Source: an uncultured Ignavibacteriales bacterium (GTDB taxonomy: Bacteria > Zixibacteria > MSB-5A5 > GN15 > FEB-12). From it: DNA of 64,000 nt. How positions within the stretch are numbered: position 1 is the first letter of the stretch; each line of letters begins with the position of its first letter. The stretch spans positions 248,001 to 312,000 of the forward strand of contig CAYXJN010000004.1 of assembly GCA_964464605.1 (NCBI GenBank). Reading direction: 5' to 3'. Made by a program: the position numbers and the translations under genes. Positions 17,694-27,298 of the stretch are shown here, piece by piece. Under the pieces are notes generated by a model. The model did no database searches. It was not told where the DNA came from and saw only the letters and a program-made list of their open reading frames with translations.

Positions 17694-19964
17694 CGGCATC
17701 ATCGCCAGCATAAACTCAAGGAGCTTGGTTGTGCCGAGTTTCCCTTTTTCGCCGACTTCCATCGGTGGACCGACACAGGAGGGACAGCCCATCACACACG
17801 GACAGGTGCGGACATGTTGCAGGCAGGCTTCAAAAAGGGATTCTGATTCTGTAAACAGTTTCCGCGACAAGCCAACTCCCCCCGGAATATTTTCATAAAT
17901 GTAGACCGTCGGTCGTTCGGTAAACGGGGCGCGAACCTGCGAAATCGAACGTAAATCCCGCTGATCGCACATCACCCAGAGGGGAGCAATAGTACCCAAA
18001 AGATTGGCCAGTCCTCTCAGGGCTCCGCCGAACTGGTCACCGGATAAATTGAGCTGGTCTTTGATATCAAGCGGGAAGGCATACCAAAATGCTTCGGTGT
18101 GCATCTCTATTTCAGGTAATGTCAATTGCCCGGAACCGACATTTTCATGCGTGTGGAATTTGATTTTCTTAAATAGTACGGTTGTGTTCGTAAGCGATAT
18201 CTCACCGTTAGCCAATATGGCATCCCCCAGTTCCCGCTGGTCATTAACAGCCAGTACTTTCAAATCCGCTTTTGTTTCGGCATCGGTGTAGTAATCGACA
18301 TTCGTTTCTTTTACGTATGCTTTTTTCCCGTCCCAATCGAGGTTTGTTACCTGGTACTGTTCGGCGCCGTGCAGATAGATAGCTTCCGGATGCAGGAAAA
18401 TCGGTGCGGAGAAATAGTCGACCTCGCCAATAACTTTGTAATCATCCGTTTCATTTAGAATAACGAAGTTCTCCGCTGAGGCAGAACGTAATGATACTCC
18501 CTGCGCAGGATATATCTCCGATGACCAGTGGAATCGTTCACCGCTTTTCCGAACGATTTTAGACTCGGCTAAAAATTCGAGTATTTCCTCGGTGCCGTTC
18601 GCTCCGTCATATTCATTTGATTCAAACGGCAATTCAAACGCGGCGCACTTGAGATGGTTGGTGCGGATAATCAGGTTGTCCGGATCGATAATGCCTGATT
18701 CCGGGGTGCGCTCGAAAATATATTTCGGTTCGGTCATCAGGAATTGATTAATCGGCGAGGAATTCGCAATCATGATGGTCAACGATGTTGTATTCCGCCG
18801 CCCGGCGCGTCCGGCCTGCTGCCAGAGTGATGCAATCGAACCGGGGTAGCCGAGTATGATACTGACATCCAATCGCCCGATATCGATACCTAATTCCAGC
18901 GCATTGGTCGAAACGACGCCGGTTATTGAACCGTTACGCAATCCTTGTTCAATACGTCGCCGTTCACCGGGCAAATAGCCGCCACGATACCCGGCGATTT
19001 CGATACCGTTGCCAAAATCCCCTTTGAGCTCCCGCTGCAAATAGGTGAGCAGGACTTCGACGTTTAGCCGGGAATGGGCGAAGACAATCGTCTGGACTTT
19101 GTTGCGCAAAAAGAGCGCCGCGAGTTTGCTTGCTTCATTGATCGCCGATTTGCGAATACCAAGCTCACGATTAACCACCGGCGGATTGTATAGCAGAAAA
19201 TGTTTTTCCCCCGACGGCGCTCCATTTTCGGTTACTGCCGCAACCGGCTGACCGATGATACGGGATGCGAGTTCATCCGGATTCGCAATCGTCGCCGAAC
19301 AGCAGATAAACTGCGGATTCGAGCCGTAAAACTGGCAGATGCGCTGCAGCCGCTTGATGACATTCGCCAAGTGGGACCCGAAGATACCGCGGTAGTGATG
19401 TACTTCATCGATCACGATGTACTTCAGATTTTCAAACAGCTTAATCCATTTGGTGTGGTGCGGCAAAATCCCGGCGTGGAGCATATCCGGATTGGTAATT
19501 ACGATATGTCCGGCGGAGCGGATCAATCTGCGCGCGGTTTGTGGAGTATCCCCATCGAAGGTGTAGGTTTTAATATCAACACCGAGCGTTTGTACTAACT
19601 CATACAACTCGCTAAGCTGATCCTGCGAAAGCGCTTTGGTGGGAAAGAGGTACAATGCGCGACTATCGGGAGATTTTAAAATCTTATCCAGTACCGGAAG
19701 ATTGTAGCAGAGTGTTTTCCCGGATGCCGTCGGGGTTACGATAACGGCATTTTTGTTTTCGTTGATCGTTTCAATCGCCGCGGCCTGATGCGTGTAAAGC
19801 TGTTTGATCCCTCGTTTTGCGAGTGCTTCGATGAGTCGTCGATCAAGAACGGCGGGGAAGGGAGCGTATTGGGGGGCTTTGGCGGAAAATGATTTCCAGC
19901 TTGAGATATTTCCCTTGTGGTCGCCGTCGGAGCGGAGGAGGTCAATAACCTGTTCGAGATTCAT
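17688..19964 (-). CDS. DEAD/DEAH-box helicase with DUF1998 (MrfA/YprA/Hrq1-like)
   Basis: TPTASGKT, PTKALSQDQ, DEVH, SATIAN, TNALELGIDIG, QQAGRAGR, C-terminal CPCVMGCPSC zinc site. Confidence 0.92.
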   Translation of the reverse strand: MNLEQVIDLLRSDGDHKGNISSWKSFSAKAPQYAPFPAVLDRRLIEALAKRGIKQLYTHQAAAIETINENKNAVIVTPTASGKTLCYNLPVLDKILKSPDSRALYLFPTKALSQDQLSELYELVQTLGVDIKTYTFDGDTPQTARRLIRSAGHIVITNPDMLHAGILPHHTKWIKLFENLKYIVIDEVHHYRGIFGSHLANVIKRLQRICQFYGSNPQFICCSATIANPDELASRIIGQPVAAVTENGAPSGEKHFLLYNPPVVNRELGIRKSAINEASKLAALFLRNKVQTIVFAHSRLNVEVLLTYLQRELKGDFGNGIEIAGYRGGYLPGERRRIEQGLRNGSITGVVSTNALELGIDIGRLDVSIILGYPGSIASLWQQAGRAGRRNTTSLTIMIANSSPINQFLMTEPKYIFERTPESGIIDPDNLIIRTNHLKCAAFELPFESNEYDGANGTEEILEFLAESKIVRKSGERFHWSSEIYPAQGVSLRSASAENFVILNETDDYKVIGEVDYFSAPIFLHPEAIYLHGAEQYQVTNLDWDGKKAYVKETNVDYYTDAETKADLKVLAVNDQRELGDAILANGEISLTNTTVLFKKIKFHTHENVGSGQLTLPEIEMHTEAFWYAFPLDIKDQLNLSGDQFGGALRGLANLLGTIAPLWVMCDQRDLRSISQVRAPFTERPTVYIYENIPGGVGLSRKLFTESESLFEACLQHVRTCPCVMGCPSCVGPPMEVGEKGKLGTTKLLEFMLAMMPV
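17737..17765. repeat. 29-bp perfect direct repeat, copy 2, inside the helicase 3' end
   Basis: Identical to 11996-12024. Confidence 0.9.
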
Positions 19965-19973
19965 GCTACACAG

Positions 19974-20516
19974 CTATGCCGCGCCGGTAAGGGTACGTTT
20001 ACAGATATCGCAGAATTTCATCCCTTTGCTGTCAATATCCAGCATGATCTGGCTGAAATAATTTACGCACCGGGGATTGCGGCATTCATTGATGTCGAAC
20101 AGATGGGCTAACTGATGGAGCGCTTCTTTATGCATGCGCGGGAATACCTTTGCTTCATCCTCAGGCAGGCCATAAAACTCCTGACGCAGCCGATAGAGCG
20201 AAACCACAGCCGTACCGGATAGTGCGTCAGAATACCCAAGAACGTAGTTTTCGTCAGGAAGGTAGAGGTCCTCTTCGCAGACGGCTATCACTTTTTCACG
20301 GCTATTCGCTTTTATTCGCTCCAGTTTAGCCAAAAGGATAACGGCGTAGTACTGGTTCCGGACGACATTGAAGGCCTCCGGCGGCATTTTCATCCCTTTC
20401 AGGATATCCACCGAGCGGGCAAAAATAGGCCCGATTTCGGATGCCAGCCGGTTGACCAGCACGAAATCAACATCACCCATCGGAACGACAACTATCTTAG
20501 ACTTCAACAAACTCAT
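19974..20516 (-). CDS. Archaemetzincin (M54)-like protein, probably catalytically inactive
   Basis: RNQYYA, DLYLPDENYVLG, AVVSLYRL, KEALHQLAHLFDINECRNPRCV, FCDIC. Confidence 0.8.
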   Translation of the reverse strand: MSLLKSKIVVVPMGDVDFVLVNRLASEIGPIFARSVDILKGMKMPPEAFNVVRNQYYAVILLAKLERIKANSREKVIAVCEEDLYLPDENYVLGYSDALSGTAVVSLYRLRQEFYGLPEDEAKVFPRMHKEALHQLAHLFDINECRNPRCVNYFSQIMLDIDSKGMKFCDICKRTLTGAA

Positions 20517-20543
20517 GCTCAAAGGTTACGGTTTTGCCGTGGG

Positions 20544-20735
20544 TTATCCGGCTGAAAAGAAACGGGACTTACTGCCGGTGGGGGAAACTTTCACTTCCAC
20601 TTTTCTGGCGCATTTCGGGCACCAGCCGACAAAGGCGGTCTCTTTTTTGTTCAAATAGATACGGGAGTACACCGAGCAACAATCAAAATGGACACCCAAA
20701 TAGGGGCGTTCTGCGGGGCGGGAACTCTCACTCAT
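20544..20735 (-). CDS. Small Cys-rich (zinc-ribbon-like) hypothetical protein
   Basis: RPYLGVHFDCCSVYSRIY...GWCPKCAR; fills the operon gap on the same strand. Confidence 0.65.
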   Translation of the reverse strand: MSESSRPAERPYLGVHFDCCSVYSRIYLNKKETAFVGWCPKCARKVEVKVSPTGSKSRFFSAG

Positions 20736-20799
20736 ACCACAGGGCAATAAACAGAATTTTGATGGGAAAAGGCAAGTACGGCGATGCCGTTTTCATGGG

Positions 20800-21459
20800 T
20801 TAGGTTTGCGTCAGAATAGCGGGAGCGTTGGAAGTACCGATACGGTCGGCGCCGGCTTCGATCATGCTTAGGCAGTCAGCCAATGTCCGAATCCCGCCCG
20901 CCGCTTTGATTTTGATATTTCCCTGTGTAACCGCTGAAACTGCTTTTACCTGTTCAACGGTAGCAGGGCCGAAAAAGCCGGTGCCGGTTTTAACAAACTC
21001 CGCGCCGCTGCTCATCACTGCTTTGGTTGCTTCGAAGATTTGTGTCGGTGTGAGAACAGAGGCTTCAATAATGACCTTCAGCAAAATCGGAGAGGGGAGA
21101 CGGCTACGGAATGCAGTTAGTTCATCTTCGACGATCGCAAATTCATCGGCGCAGAGCCGACCGATGGATGCAACCAAATCAACTTCCTGAGCACCTTCAT
21201 CGACTGCCTTCATCGCTTCACTCAGCGCGACATTGCCGCGGCTTGCTCCCAACGGAAAATTGCAGGTGGTGACGAGTTTGACGGATGAATCCCGCAGATA
21301 GGATTTGGCTATACCAATCCAAATCGGATTAACAACTGCTGAGTAGGTATTGAATGCAATCGCCTCTTCACAGAGTTTTTTGATATCAGCCTGAGTGGTC
21401 GTTGGCTTCAACGCGGAATGTTCTAAGCGAGTATGAAGAGTGGATATGATTGAAGACAT
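20800..21459 (-). CDS. deoC: Deoxyribose-phosphate aldolase
   Basis: NFPLGA, GAQEVDLV, LKVIIE, FVKTGTGF, IKAAGGIR, GADRIGTS. Confidence 0.93.
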   Translation of the reverse strand: MSSIISTLHTRLEHSALKPTTTQADIKKLCEEAIAFNTYSAVVNPIWIGIAKSYLRDSSVKLVTTCNFPLGASRGNVALSEAMKAVDEGAQEVDLVASIGRLCADEFAIVEDELTAFRSRLPSPILLKVIIEASVLTPTQIFEATKAVMSSGAEFVKTGTGFFGPATVEQVKAVSAVTQGNIKIKAAGGIRTLADCLSMIEAGADRIGTSNAPAILTQT

Positions 21460-21461
21460 GA

Positions 21462-22637
21462 TTAGCGTGAAATTTCGTTCAGAAAACTGGTGCCGGGACA
21501 TTGGTATGACACGCCGAGATATTCGGCAACGGTTGCGGCGACATCAGCAAATGTGCTTCTCGTTCCCAGATTGACGCCCGGTTTGAGTTGTTTGCCGTAG
21601 ACTAACAACGGAACATGCTCACGCGTGTGATCGGTTGAGTATTTCAAGGTCGGGTCGCAGCCGTGGTCGGCAGTGATAATCAGAATATCTTCATCCCGCA
21701 ATTTTATCAGCAGTTTAGTGACGCCGTGATCAAACTCTTCAAGTGCTTTGGCGAAATTGACTTCATCGTTTCGGTGTCCCCAATTCTGATCGAAATCGAC
21801 GAGGTTGGTAAATATCAGCGATGCTGCAGTATCCGTTGTCGTCTGTGCAATCAGTGCAGCGATTCCTTCGATGTTATTTGCTGTCTTGATTGCTTTGCTT
21901 ATCCCTTTGCCGTCGAAGAGGTCATAAATCTTCCCGATCGACAGGGGCGCCGCCCCACTCTTTTGCAAAGCGTCGAGAATAGTGGGAGATGGCGGCTGAA
22001 CGGAAAAGTCTTTTCGTCCCGATGTGCGGGTAAAATTGCCGGGTGTGCCGATGAACGGACGGGCAATCACGCGGCCGACATGGTATTTGCCTATCAACAT
22101 CTCCCGCGCGATCTGACAGATTTCATAAAGCTGTTTGAGTGGAATGATGTCATCATGCGCCGCTAACTGAAATACCGAGTCGGCTGAGGTGTACAGAATG
22201 ATTTTGCCGGTCTTGATATGCTCTTCACCGAGCCGTTCGATAATCTCCGTTCCGCTGGCAGCAACGTTGCCGATTGTTTGTATTCCGGCCGCTTTTTCGA
22301 ACTGCTCAACGATATCGCGGGGGAACCCATTCGGAAAAACGGGGAAAGGCTGCTCTAATACTACGCCTGCAATTTCCCAGTGGCCGGTAGTGGAATCTTT
22401 GCCGGGAGAACGTTCGATCATTTTCCCATAGCTTCCGCTTGGCGCTGATTCTGGGGGAACACCTGCAATCGGCGCGATATTCCCTAATCCTAATTTCTGA
22501 CAGGCGGGCATGCACAAACCACCGACTGCTTTGGCGACATTCGGAATGGTGCTGGCGCCTTGATCGTTGTAGGCGGCGGCATCGGGAAGTTCACCGATTC
22601 CGCAGGCATCGATTACAACGAGAACAACACGGCGCAT
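21462..22637 (-). CDS. deoB: Phosphopentomutase
   Basis: VIDACGIG, GKDSTTGHWE, YTSADSVFQ, RVIARPF, NLVDFD, ITADHGCDP, DHTREHVP. Confidence 0.95.
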   Translation of the reverse strand: MRRVVLVVIDACGIGELPDAAAYNDQGASTIPNVAKAVGGLCMPACQKLGLGNIAPIAGVPPESAPSGSYGKMIERSPGKDSTTGHWEIAGVVLEQPFPVFPNGFPRDIVEQFEKAAGIQTIGNVAASGTEIIERLGEEHIKTGKIILYTSADSVFQLAAHDDIIPLKQLYEICQIAREMLIGKYHVGRVIARPFIGTPGNFTRTSGRKDFSVQPPSPTILDALQKSGAAPLSIGKIYDLFDGKGISKAIKTANNIEGIAALIAQTTTDTAASLIFTNLVDFDQNWGHRNDEVNFAKALEEFDHGVTKLLIKLRDEDILIITADHGCDPTLKYSTDHTREHVPLLVYGKQLKPGVNLGTRSTFADVAATVAEYLGVSYQCPGTSFLNEISR

Positions 22638-22646
22638 GATAGGGAA

Positions 22647-23522
22647 TTATTCGGTGGGAGGTACAGCTTGCAGATTATCAGTGAGCAGGCGGACATTGAT
22701 ATCCATATTGACTGAAACGGTGTATGAGACATAGCTGTCATTCACTAATTTTTTCCGTTCGCCGGCGATAGTCCAGTGTTCCTGTTGTTTGACTAATATT
22801 CCTTCCTTCGGAGCAAAGTAGAGGGTGCCGTTAGTAGTAATATGGTCGACTCCGCTTCGTTTAACGCTGTCGGTCGGACTTTCGATTACCGGAATAATCA
22901 TGTTTCCGTTAAAGGTAATGACCGCGCAGTTGTAGATGCCTTCCTGCATAAATCCGGTTACCTGAAATGTGGTGGAGGCATCGTATTGCTTATCGCCGAC
23001 GGTAATCTTCGATGTTTGTGTCCAGTTACTCCCTTTGGAGAGTCTGTTCGGCGGAAAAACCGGTGTGCCTTGGTCGACTACGCTTTGCGTGTAGGCGCTT
23101 TGGGTGACATTTTGTTCATCGGCAAACTCGAGATTGTTGATCCGCCCGTTGGTCATCATCCAGACCGAGAGTCGTTCTTCGGTTACCGTCGAATCGACTT
23201 TGGATGAATCATCCGCATTTTGTTTAGTGACTGTCCAGGTATGTCGTTCGATCAGCTCTGCGGTGGTGTCGTTGACCATGTTCCGGCAGGTCGTTTCGAC
23301 AATCATGCGGTATTCACCGCTGCCGGAATCGATAATCGAATCCTGCATGCGAACCTGATAGTTGCGGTTAGTGATATGCTCGTAGGTCTGCGTTTTTCCG
23401 GGGGCAAAGCGGTAGCGGAGCATAAAATCCTGCTCCCCTCCGGTGCAGCCGTAAAAAGCAGCCAGAATGCCGGCGGTGAGTAGTGAGGTGAGGAAAAATT
23501 TTGTCATCTTTGGCGGTGTCAT
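22647..23522 (-). CDS. Hypothetical lipoprotein (beta-rich, LRYRF start of mature domain)
   Basis: Lipobox FYGC; same strand and tightly spaced behind the anti-sigma gene. Confidence 0.7.
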   Translation of the reverse strand: MTPPKMTKFFLTSLLTAGILAAFYGCTGGEQDFMLRYRFAPGKTQTYEHITNRNYQVRMQDSIIDSGSGEYRMIVETTCRNMVNDTTAELIERHTWTVTKQNADDSSKVDSTVTEERLSVWMMTNGRINNLEFADEQNVTQSAYTQSVVDQGTPVFPPNRLSKGSNWTQTSKITVGDKQYDASTTFQVTGFMQEGIYNCAVITFNGNMIIPVIESPTDSVKRSGVDHITTNGTLYFAPKEGILVKQQEHWTIAGERKKLVNDSYVSYTVSVNMDINVRLLTDNLQAVPPTE

Positions 23523-23528
23523 ATCCTG

Positions 23529-24086
23529 TTATATCGGTCGGCGCGGTACATCCCGCAACCCGGCCATTCGCCCCGGGCTTCCTGGTAGACTCAACTGCAG
23601 AATCGCTTCTGCCCAATGCTGCTGGTCATCCTCGGTAAAGACCGGTTCCGGAAGGGATGGTAACACATCCTGTAGCGGGGCAACAGCGAAAACTGGGCTG
23701 TTATTTTGGGTCGTTCGGGCGATACTTTGCCGGTCATCAGTGTTCAAACTGATCGCCGTAATGAATAAAAAGAGGGCAAAGGCGAATGAAACAAGCGAAC
23801 GAACAAAAATCCGTTTGTCTTCCGGTGTCGCTTTACCCGCCGGTTCTACGGTAATGCGATCGATTGTTTTGGCGCGGACAAGTGAGTCGACTTCCTGCCA
23901 ATAGTCGTCGTTAGGTATGGGGGATTTACTTTGCCCCAAAACTTCTTTCAAACGCCTGAGTTCATCGTATTCGATACGACACTCGGCACATGCAGCTATG
24001 TTCTCCTGAATCTGTGCTGCTTCGACGGGTGTGAGTTCGCCGTCGATATATGCTTCCAGGAGATTGGTGGGGTGGCGGTGGGTCAT
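23529..24086 (-). CDS. Transmembrane zf-HC2/ZAS-type anti-sigma factor
   Basis: TAGGAG RBS; LLEAYIDGEL...ENIAACAEC; one TM helix; follows the ECF sigma gene. Confidence 0.85.
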   Translation of the reverse strand: MTHRHPTNLLEAYIDGELTPVEAAQIQENIAACAECRIEYDELRRLKEVLGQSKSPIPNDDYWQEVDSLVRAKTIDRITVEPAGKATPEDKRIFVRSLVSFAFALFLFITAISLNTDDRQSIARTTQNNSPVFAVAPLQDVLPSLPEPVFTEDDQQHWAEAILQLSLPGSPGRMAGLRDVPRRPI

Positions 24087-24100
24087 AGAGCTCCTATCAG

Positions 24101-24661
24101 CTAAAGCCAATGTTTCAATAGTTTCCGAAGTTTCGCGCGGGCTATGTGCAAATTCGAACGAACCGTTGCTTCCGGGCAGTTCAGCGTCGCGGCTATTTCC
24201 GCCTTGCTGAATCCTTCCACATCATGCAAAATCGCGGTCAGCCGCTGTTTCGGCGGCAGTTGCGCAAGCGCCCGATGAATCTCCGTTAGTAATTCTTTGT
24301 TTTGGTACTCGTCCTGCGGCGTGGTGACTTTTCGTGCCAGATCAAGTTGAACATTCGGCGCCAACAGTTCGGCATCGCTGGCCGAATCATGTCCCCGTTG
24401 TTTGCGTACCAGATCAATGGCATAGTTCGTGGCGATACGCAAAATAAACGAGGAAAAATACTGTACCTCTTGTAACTCCTCCCGTCGATTGTAGACCCGA
24501 ACGAAGGTTTCCTGTACTACTTCGTCGGCATCCAGATGGTTGCCCAGAATCTGGAAGGCGACCGAGTAAATCTTCTTTCGGTATCTTTGTACCAGTTCCG
24601 CGAACGCGTCGCGGTCTCCATGTATAAAACTCTCTACGAGTTCAGTGACATCTTTGTTCAT
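24101..24661 (-). CDS. ECF (sigma-70 group 4) RNA polymerase sigma factor (ATG 24661; TTG 24688 alternative)
   Basis: AFAELVQRY, DADEVVQETF, RIATNYAID, LPPKQR, EIAATLNCPEATVRSNLHIAR. Confidence 0.92.
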   Translation of the reverse strand: MNKDVTELVESFIHGDRDAFAELVQRYRKKIYSVAFQILGNHLDADEVVQETFVRVYNRREELQEVQYFSSFILRIATNYAIDLVRKQRGHDSASDAELLAPNVQLDLARKVTTPQDEYQNKELLTEIHRALAQLPPKQRLTAILHDVEGFSKAEIAATLNCPEATVRSNLHIARAKLRKLLKHWL

Positions 24662-24690
24662 ACCCCCCGGCGTACCGGTTTTATTCAATG

Positions 24691-24716
24691 GACGAATCTC
24701 ATGGCTGGCTGTTTAA
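24691..24716 (-). promoter_or_regulatory. Putative autoregulatory ECF promoter
   Basis: Minus strand TTAAAC-16 nt-CGTC just upstream of the ECF gene. Confidence 0.55.
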
Positions 24717-24817
24717 CTTTTTTACCCTAATTTTCAATTGACCGTGTATATAAGATAGAATACTGTTCAGCCAAGAGTAAGCAAAAAACGGATTCTTTTG
24801 AAATACAAGCAATTAGC

Positions 24818-26215
24818 ATGACCAAGACGGACATCTACGCAAGCCGGTACCGCTTTTTTTCGGTCGCGGCTTTGGGGACATTCTTATCCACGTTAGACGG
24901 ATCAATCCTGTTTGTTGCCCTGCCGACTTTGGCCGAGCAGTTTCAGGTTTCGGTCGATACCGTCGCCTGGGTATCACTTTCCTATTCTCTAACATTAATC
25001 TCACTTATGCTCGTTTTCGGGGCATGGACACGGAATAAAGGCTATCAGTTTTCCTACCAGTTCGGGTTTGCGCTCTTTTTTGTCGGGTCATTGTTGAGCG
25101 GACTCAGTACCGATATTTACCAACTCATCGGTTCTCGTATTATTCAGGCCGTCGGCGGGGCGATGTTTCAGGCGATTGGCCCTGGTTTGATTACCACTGT
25201 TTTTCCCAAAGAAGAACGAGGTAAGGGAATCGGTCTGGTGGTGATGATGGTTTCAATCGGTTTCATGGTCGGCCCACCACTCGGCGGGTTTTTGCTCTCA
25301 ATAACGCATTGGTCGGCGTTGTTTTTAATCAATCTGCCGATTTGCGTGGTCGGCTATATTCTCACCCAGCGAATTTTCAAAGTATTGTCGAAACCGGATA
25401 CGCATACCAAAGTGCATATCATCGGCGGTGTCTCGCTGGGCATGGGGCTTTCATCAGCAATGGCAGCAATGACGTTCATGAATGATTACGGTATTCTTGA
25501 TTGGCGCGTGCTGGTTTTGGCGGCGGTTTCCATTATTTTTATTCTTCTTTTCATCAAATTTGAAACGAACAAGCAGACTGCTCTTATTGGCTTTTCGATT
25601 TTTAAAAACAATCAGTTTACGACTTCGTTAGTTGCCATGACCACGCAGTTTATTGCCATGGCCGGTACACAGGTGCTCATTCCGTTTTATTTACAAACGG
25701 TGCGCGGATTTCCGACTGAGAAAATGGGGTTGTTCTTAGTCATCCCGCCGGCTATGCTCTTGTTGTTCGCGCCATTGTCCGGCAGATTATCAGACAAAAT
25801 CGGTTACCGCTTTTTGACCAGTACCGGAATCATTATTTACATCGTTGGATTGACGATGCTGTTGGGTTTGACCGAAGCAACCGGGGGATGGTATATCGCG
25901 TTTTGCATGATGGTTATCGGTACTGGCGCCGGAATTTTCGGAACACCGAATGCATCGGCATTTATGGGTTCCGTCAATGACCAGCAGCGGCCGATTGCGT
26001 CGAGTATTTTGTCATCGACGCGCAATATCGGGCTTTCAAGCGGTATTGCTATTTCGACGGCCTTATTTGCCTGGCTGCAGCAGCAGTACTTGCAGATTAT
26101 GCCGCGTTCACAGGCGTTTATGGTCGCGTACGACAAAGTTATTTATGTCTCGATTATCGTTGCGCTGGTGGGGCTGCCGCTTTGTTTGATGCGGCAAAAC
26201 CGCACCGCGCTCTGA
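24818..26215 (+). CDS. MFS transporter, DHA2/EmrB-like
   Basis: FLSTLDGSILFVALP, RIIQAVGGA, ERGKGIG, GPPLGG, GRLSDKIG; many TM helices. Confidence 0.9.
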   Translation: MTKTDIYASRYRFFSVAALGTFLSTLDGSILFVALPTLAEQFQVSVDTVAWVSLSYSLTLISLMLVFGAWTRNKGYQFSYQFGFALFFVGSLLSGLSTDIYQLIGSRIIQAVGGAMFQAIGPGLITTVFPKEERGKGIGLVVMMVSIGFMVGPPLGGFLLSITHWSALFLINLPICVVGYILTQRIFKVLSKPDTHTKVHIIGGVSLGMGLSSAMAAMTFMNDYGILDWRVLVLAAVSIIFILLFIKFETNKQTALIGFSIFKNNQFTTSLVAMTTQFIAMAGTQVLIPFYLQTVRGFPTEKMGLFLVIPPAMLLLFAPLSGRLSDKIGYRFLTSTGIIIYIVGLTMLLGLTEATGGWYIAFCMMVIGTGAGIFGTPNASAFMGSVNDQQRPIASSILSSTRNIGLSSGIAISTALFAWLQQQYLQIMPRSQAFMVAYDKVIYVSIIVALVGLPLCLMRQNRTAL

Positions 26216-26271
26216 CTAAATTGCCGGTTGACTTCCGCCGATTCTCTATATATTGTAACGCCTTACGGAAT

Positions 26272-26344
<73 letters not shown>

Positions 26345-27211
26345 TTATTGTTCCGTATCAATCGAAGCTTCCTGAATCAGTTTTATCTCGGTAATCCTGT
26401 CTAAGCGGAACGTCCGTTCTTCGGCGGTCAGTTCACACCAGGCCGTTACGTACAACGAGCTTTTCAGCTCATGTATCCAGCGCGGGGCAATAACCCGTTC
26501 CGTTTCTTCTCCGACGCTATTGGTGTACTTGATTCGTACTCTTTTTTGAGCGGCGAGCGCTTCTTGTAAATCCCGTAAATTATCCGGTACTGTTGCCGTA
26601 AGTGGTGTCGGTTCGGGAAGGGGATAAATCGATGAAATTTTCCTGAATCCCTGAACCGAATCGATCGGTGGGAATTTTTCGGCGGCTAATTGAAACAACT
26701 GCCGTACTAATTGCGCATCGCTTAAGGCGCGGTGATCCTGATGCTGCGCCAGATTGAAATGGGTCATGAGAGATTGCAGCGAATACGACGGAATCCCTTT
26801 GAATAATTTTCGGCAGATATCGACGGTGTCGATCGCCACCAAATTCGGCAAAGTCAAATTGTGCCGTCTTGTTTCCCATTGCAAAAAAGACAAATCGAAT
26901 GGAACATTGTGTGCTATCAGAATCGCCGAGTCGCCGCAAAAGGAAAAGAAATCAGTGAGCGCCTGATCGGCGGTTGGGGCGTTGTAAACCATGTCGTCGG
27001 TGATGCCGTGCACGGTTGTCGCGCCTGAGGGAATAGGACGCTGCGGAAATATCAATGTTTCGAATGTTTCTATTTTGTCATCCGCCAGCGAAAAAGAAAC
27101 CCCGGCGATTTCGACCAGCCGGTTGACCGCCGCCCATAAGCCGGTCGTTTCGGTGTCGAAAGCGATAAAGCGAAGTGACCTGAGAAAATCGGTTTCAGGC
27201 GGGTTGCTCAT
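26345..27211 (-). CDS. DEDDh 3'-5' exonuclease (DnaQ-like) fused to a C-terminal WYL domain
   Basis: AFDTETTG, AHNVPFD, HRALSDA; C-term IKYTNSVGEETERVIAP...YVTAWCELTAEERTFRLDRI. Confidence 0.88.
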   Translation of the reverse strand: MSNPPETDFLRSLRFIAFDTETTGLWAAVNRLVEIAGVSFSLADDKIETFETLIFPQRPIPSGATTVHGITDDMVYNAPTADQALTDFFSFCGDSAILIAHNVPFDLSFLQWETRRHNLTLPNLVAIDTVDICRKLFKGIPSYSLQSLMTHFNLAQHQDHRALSDAQLVRQLFQLAAEKFPPIDSVQGFRKISSIYPLPEPTPLTATVPDNLRDLQEALAAQKRVRIKYTNSVGEETERVIAPRWIHELKSSLYVTAWCELTAEERTFRLDRITEIKLIQEASIDTEQ

Positions 27212-27298
27212 GGCGGAAGTATGACGTATCCTTTCGGGAAGACAAAGCGGTATTTCCTGTACCGCATAACCGAACAAAATGGATGGAGTTCACGATAG

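Noticed and set aside
11947..17765. Prophage, IS, integron or CRISPR interpretation of the repeats
   Set aside because: No transposase, integrase, phage genes, attC-like sites or regularly spaced short repeats
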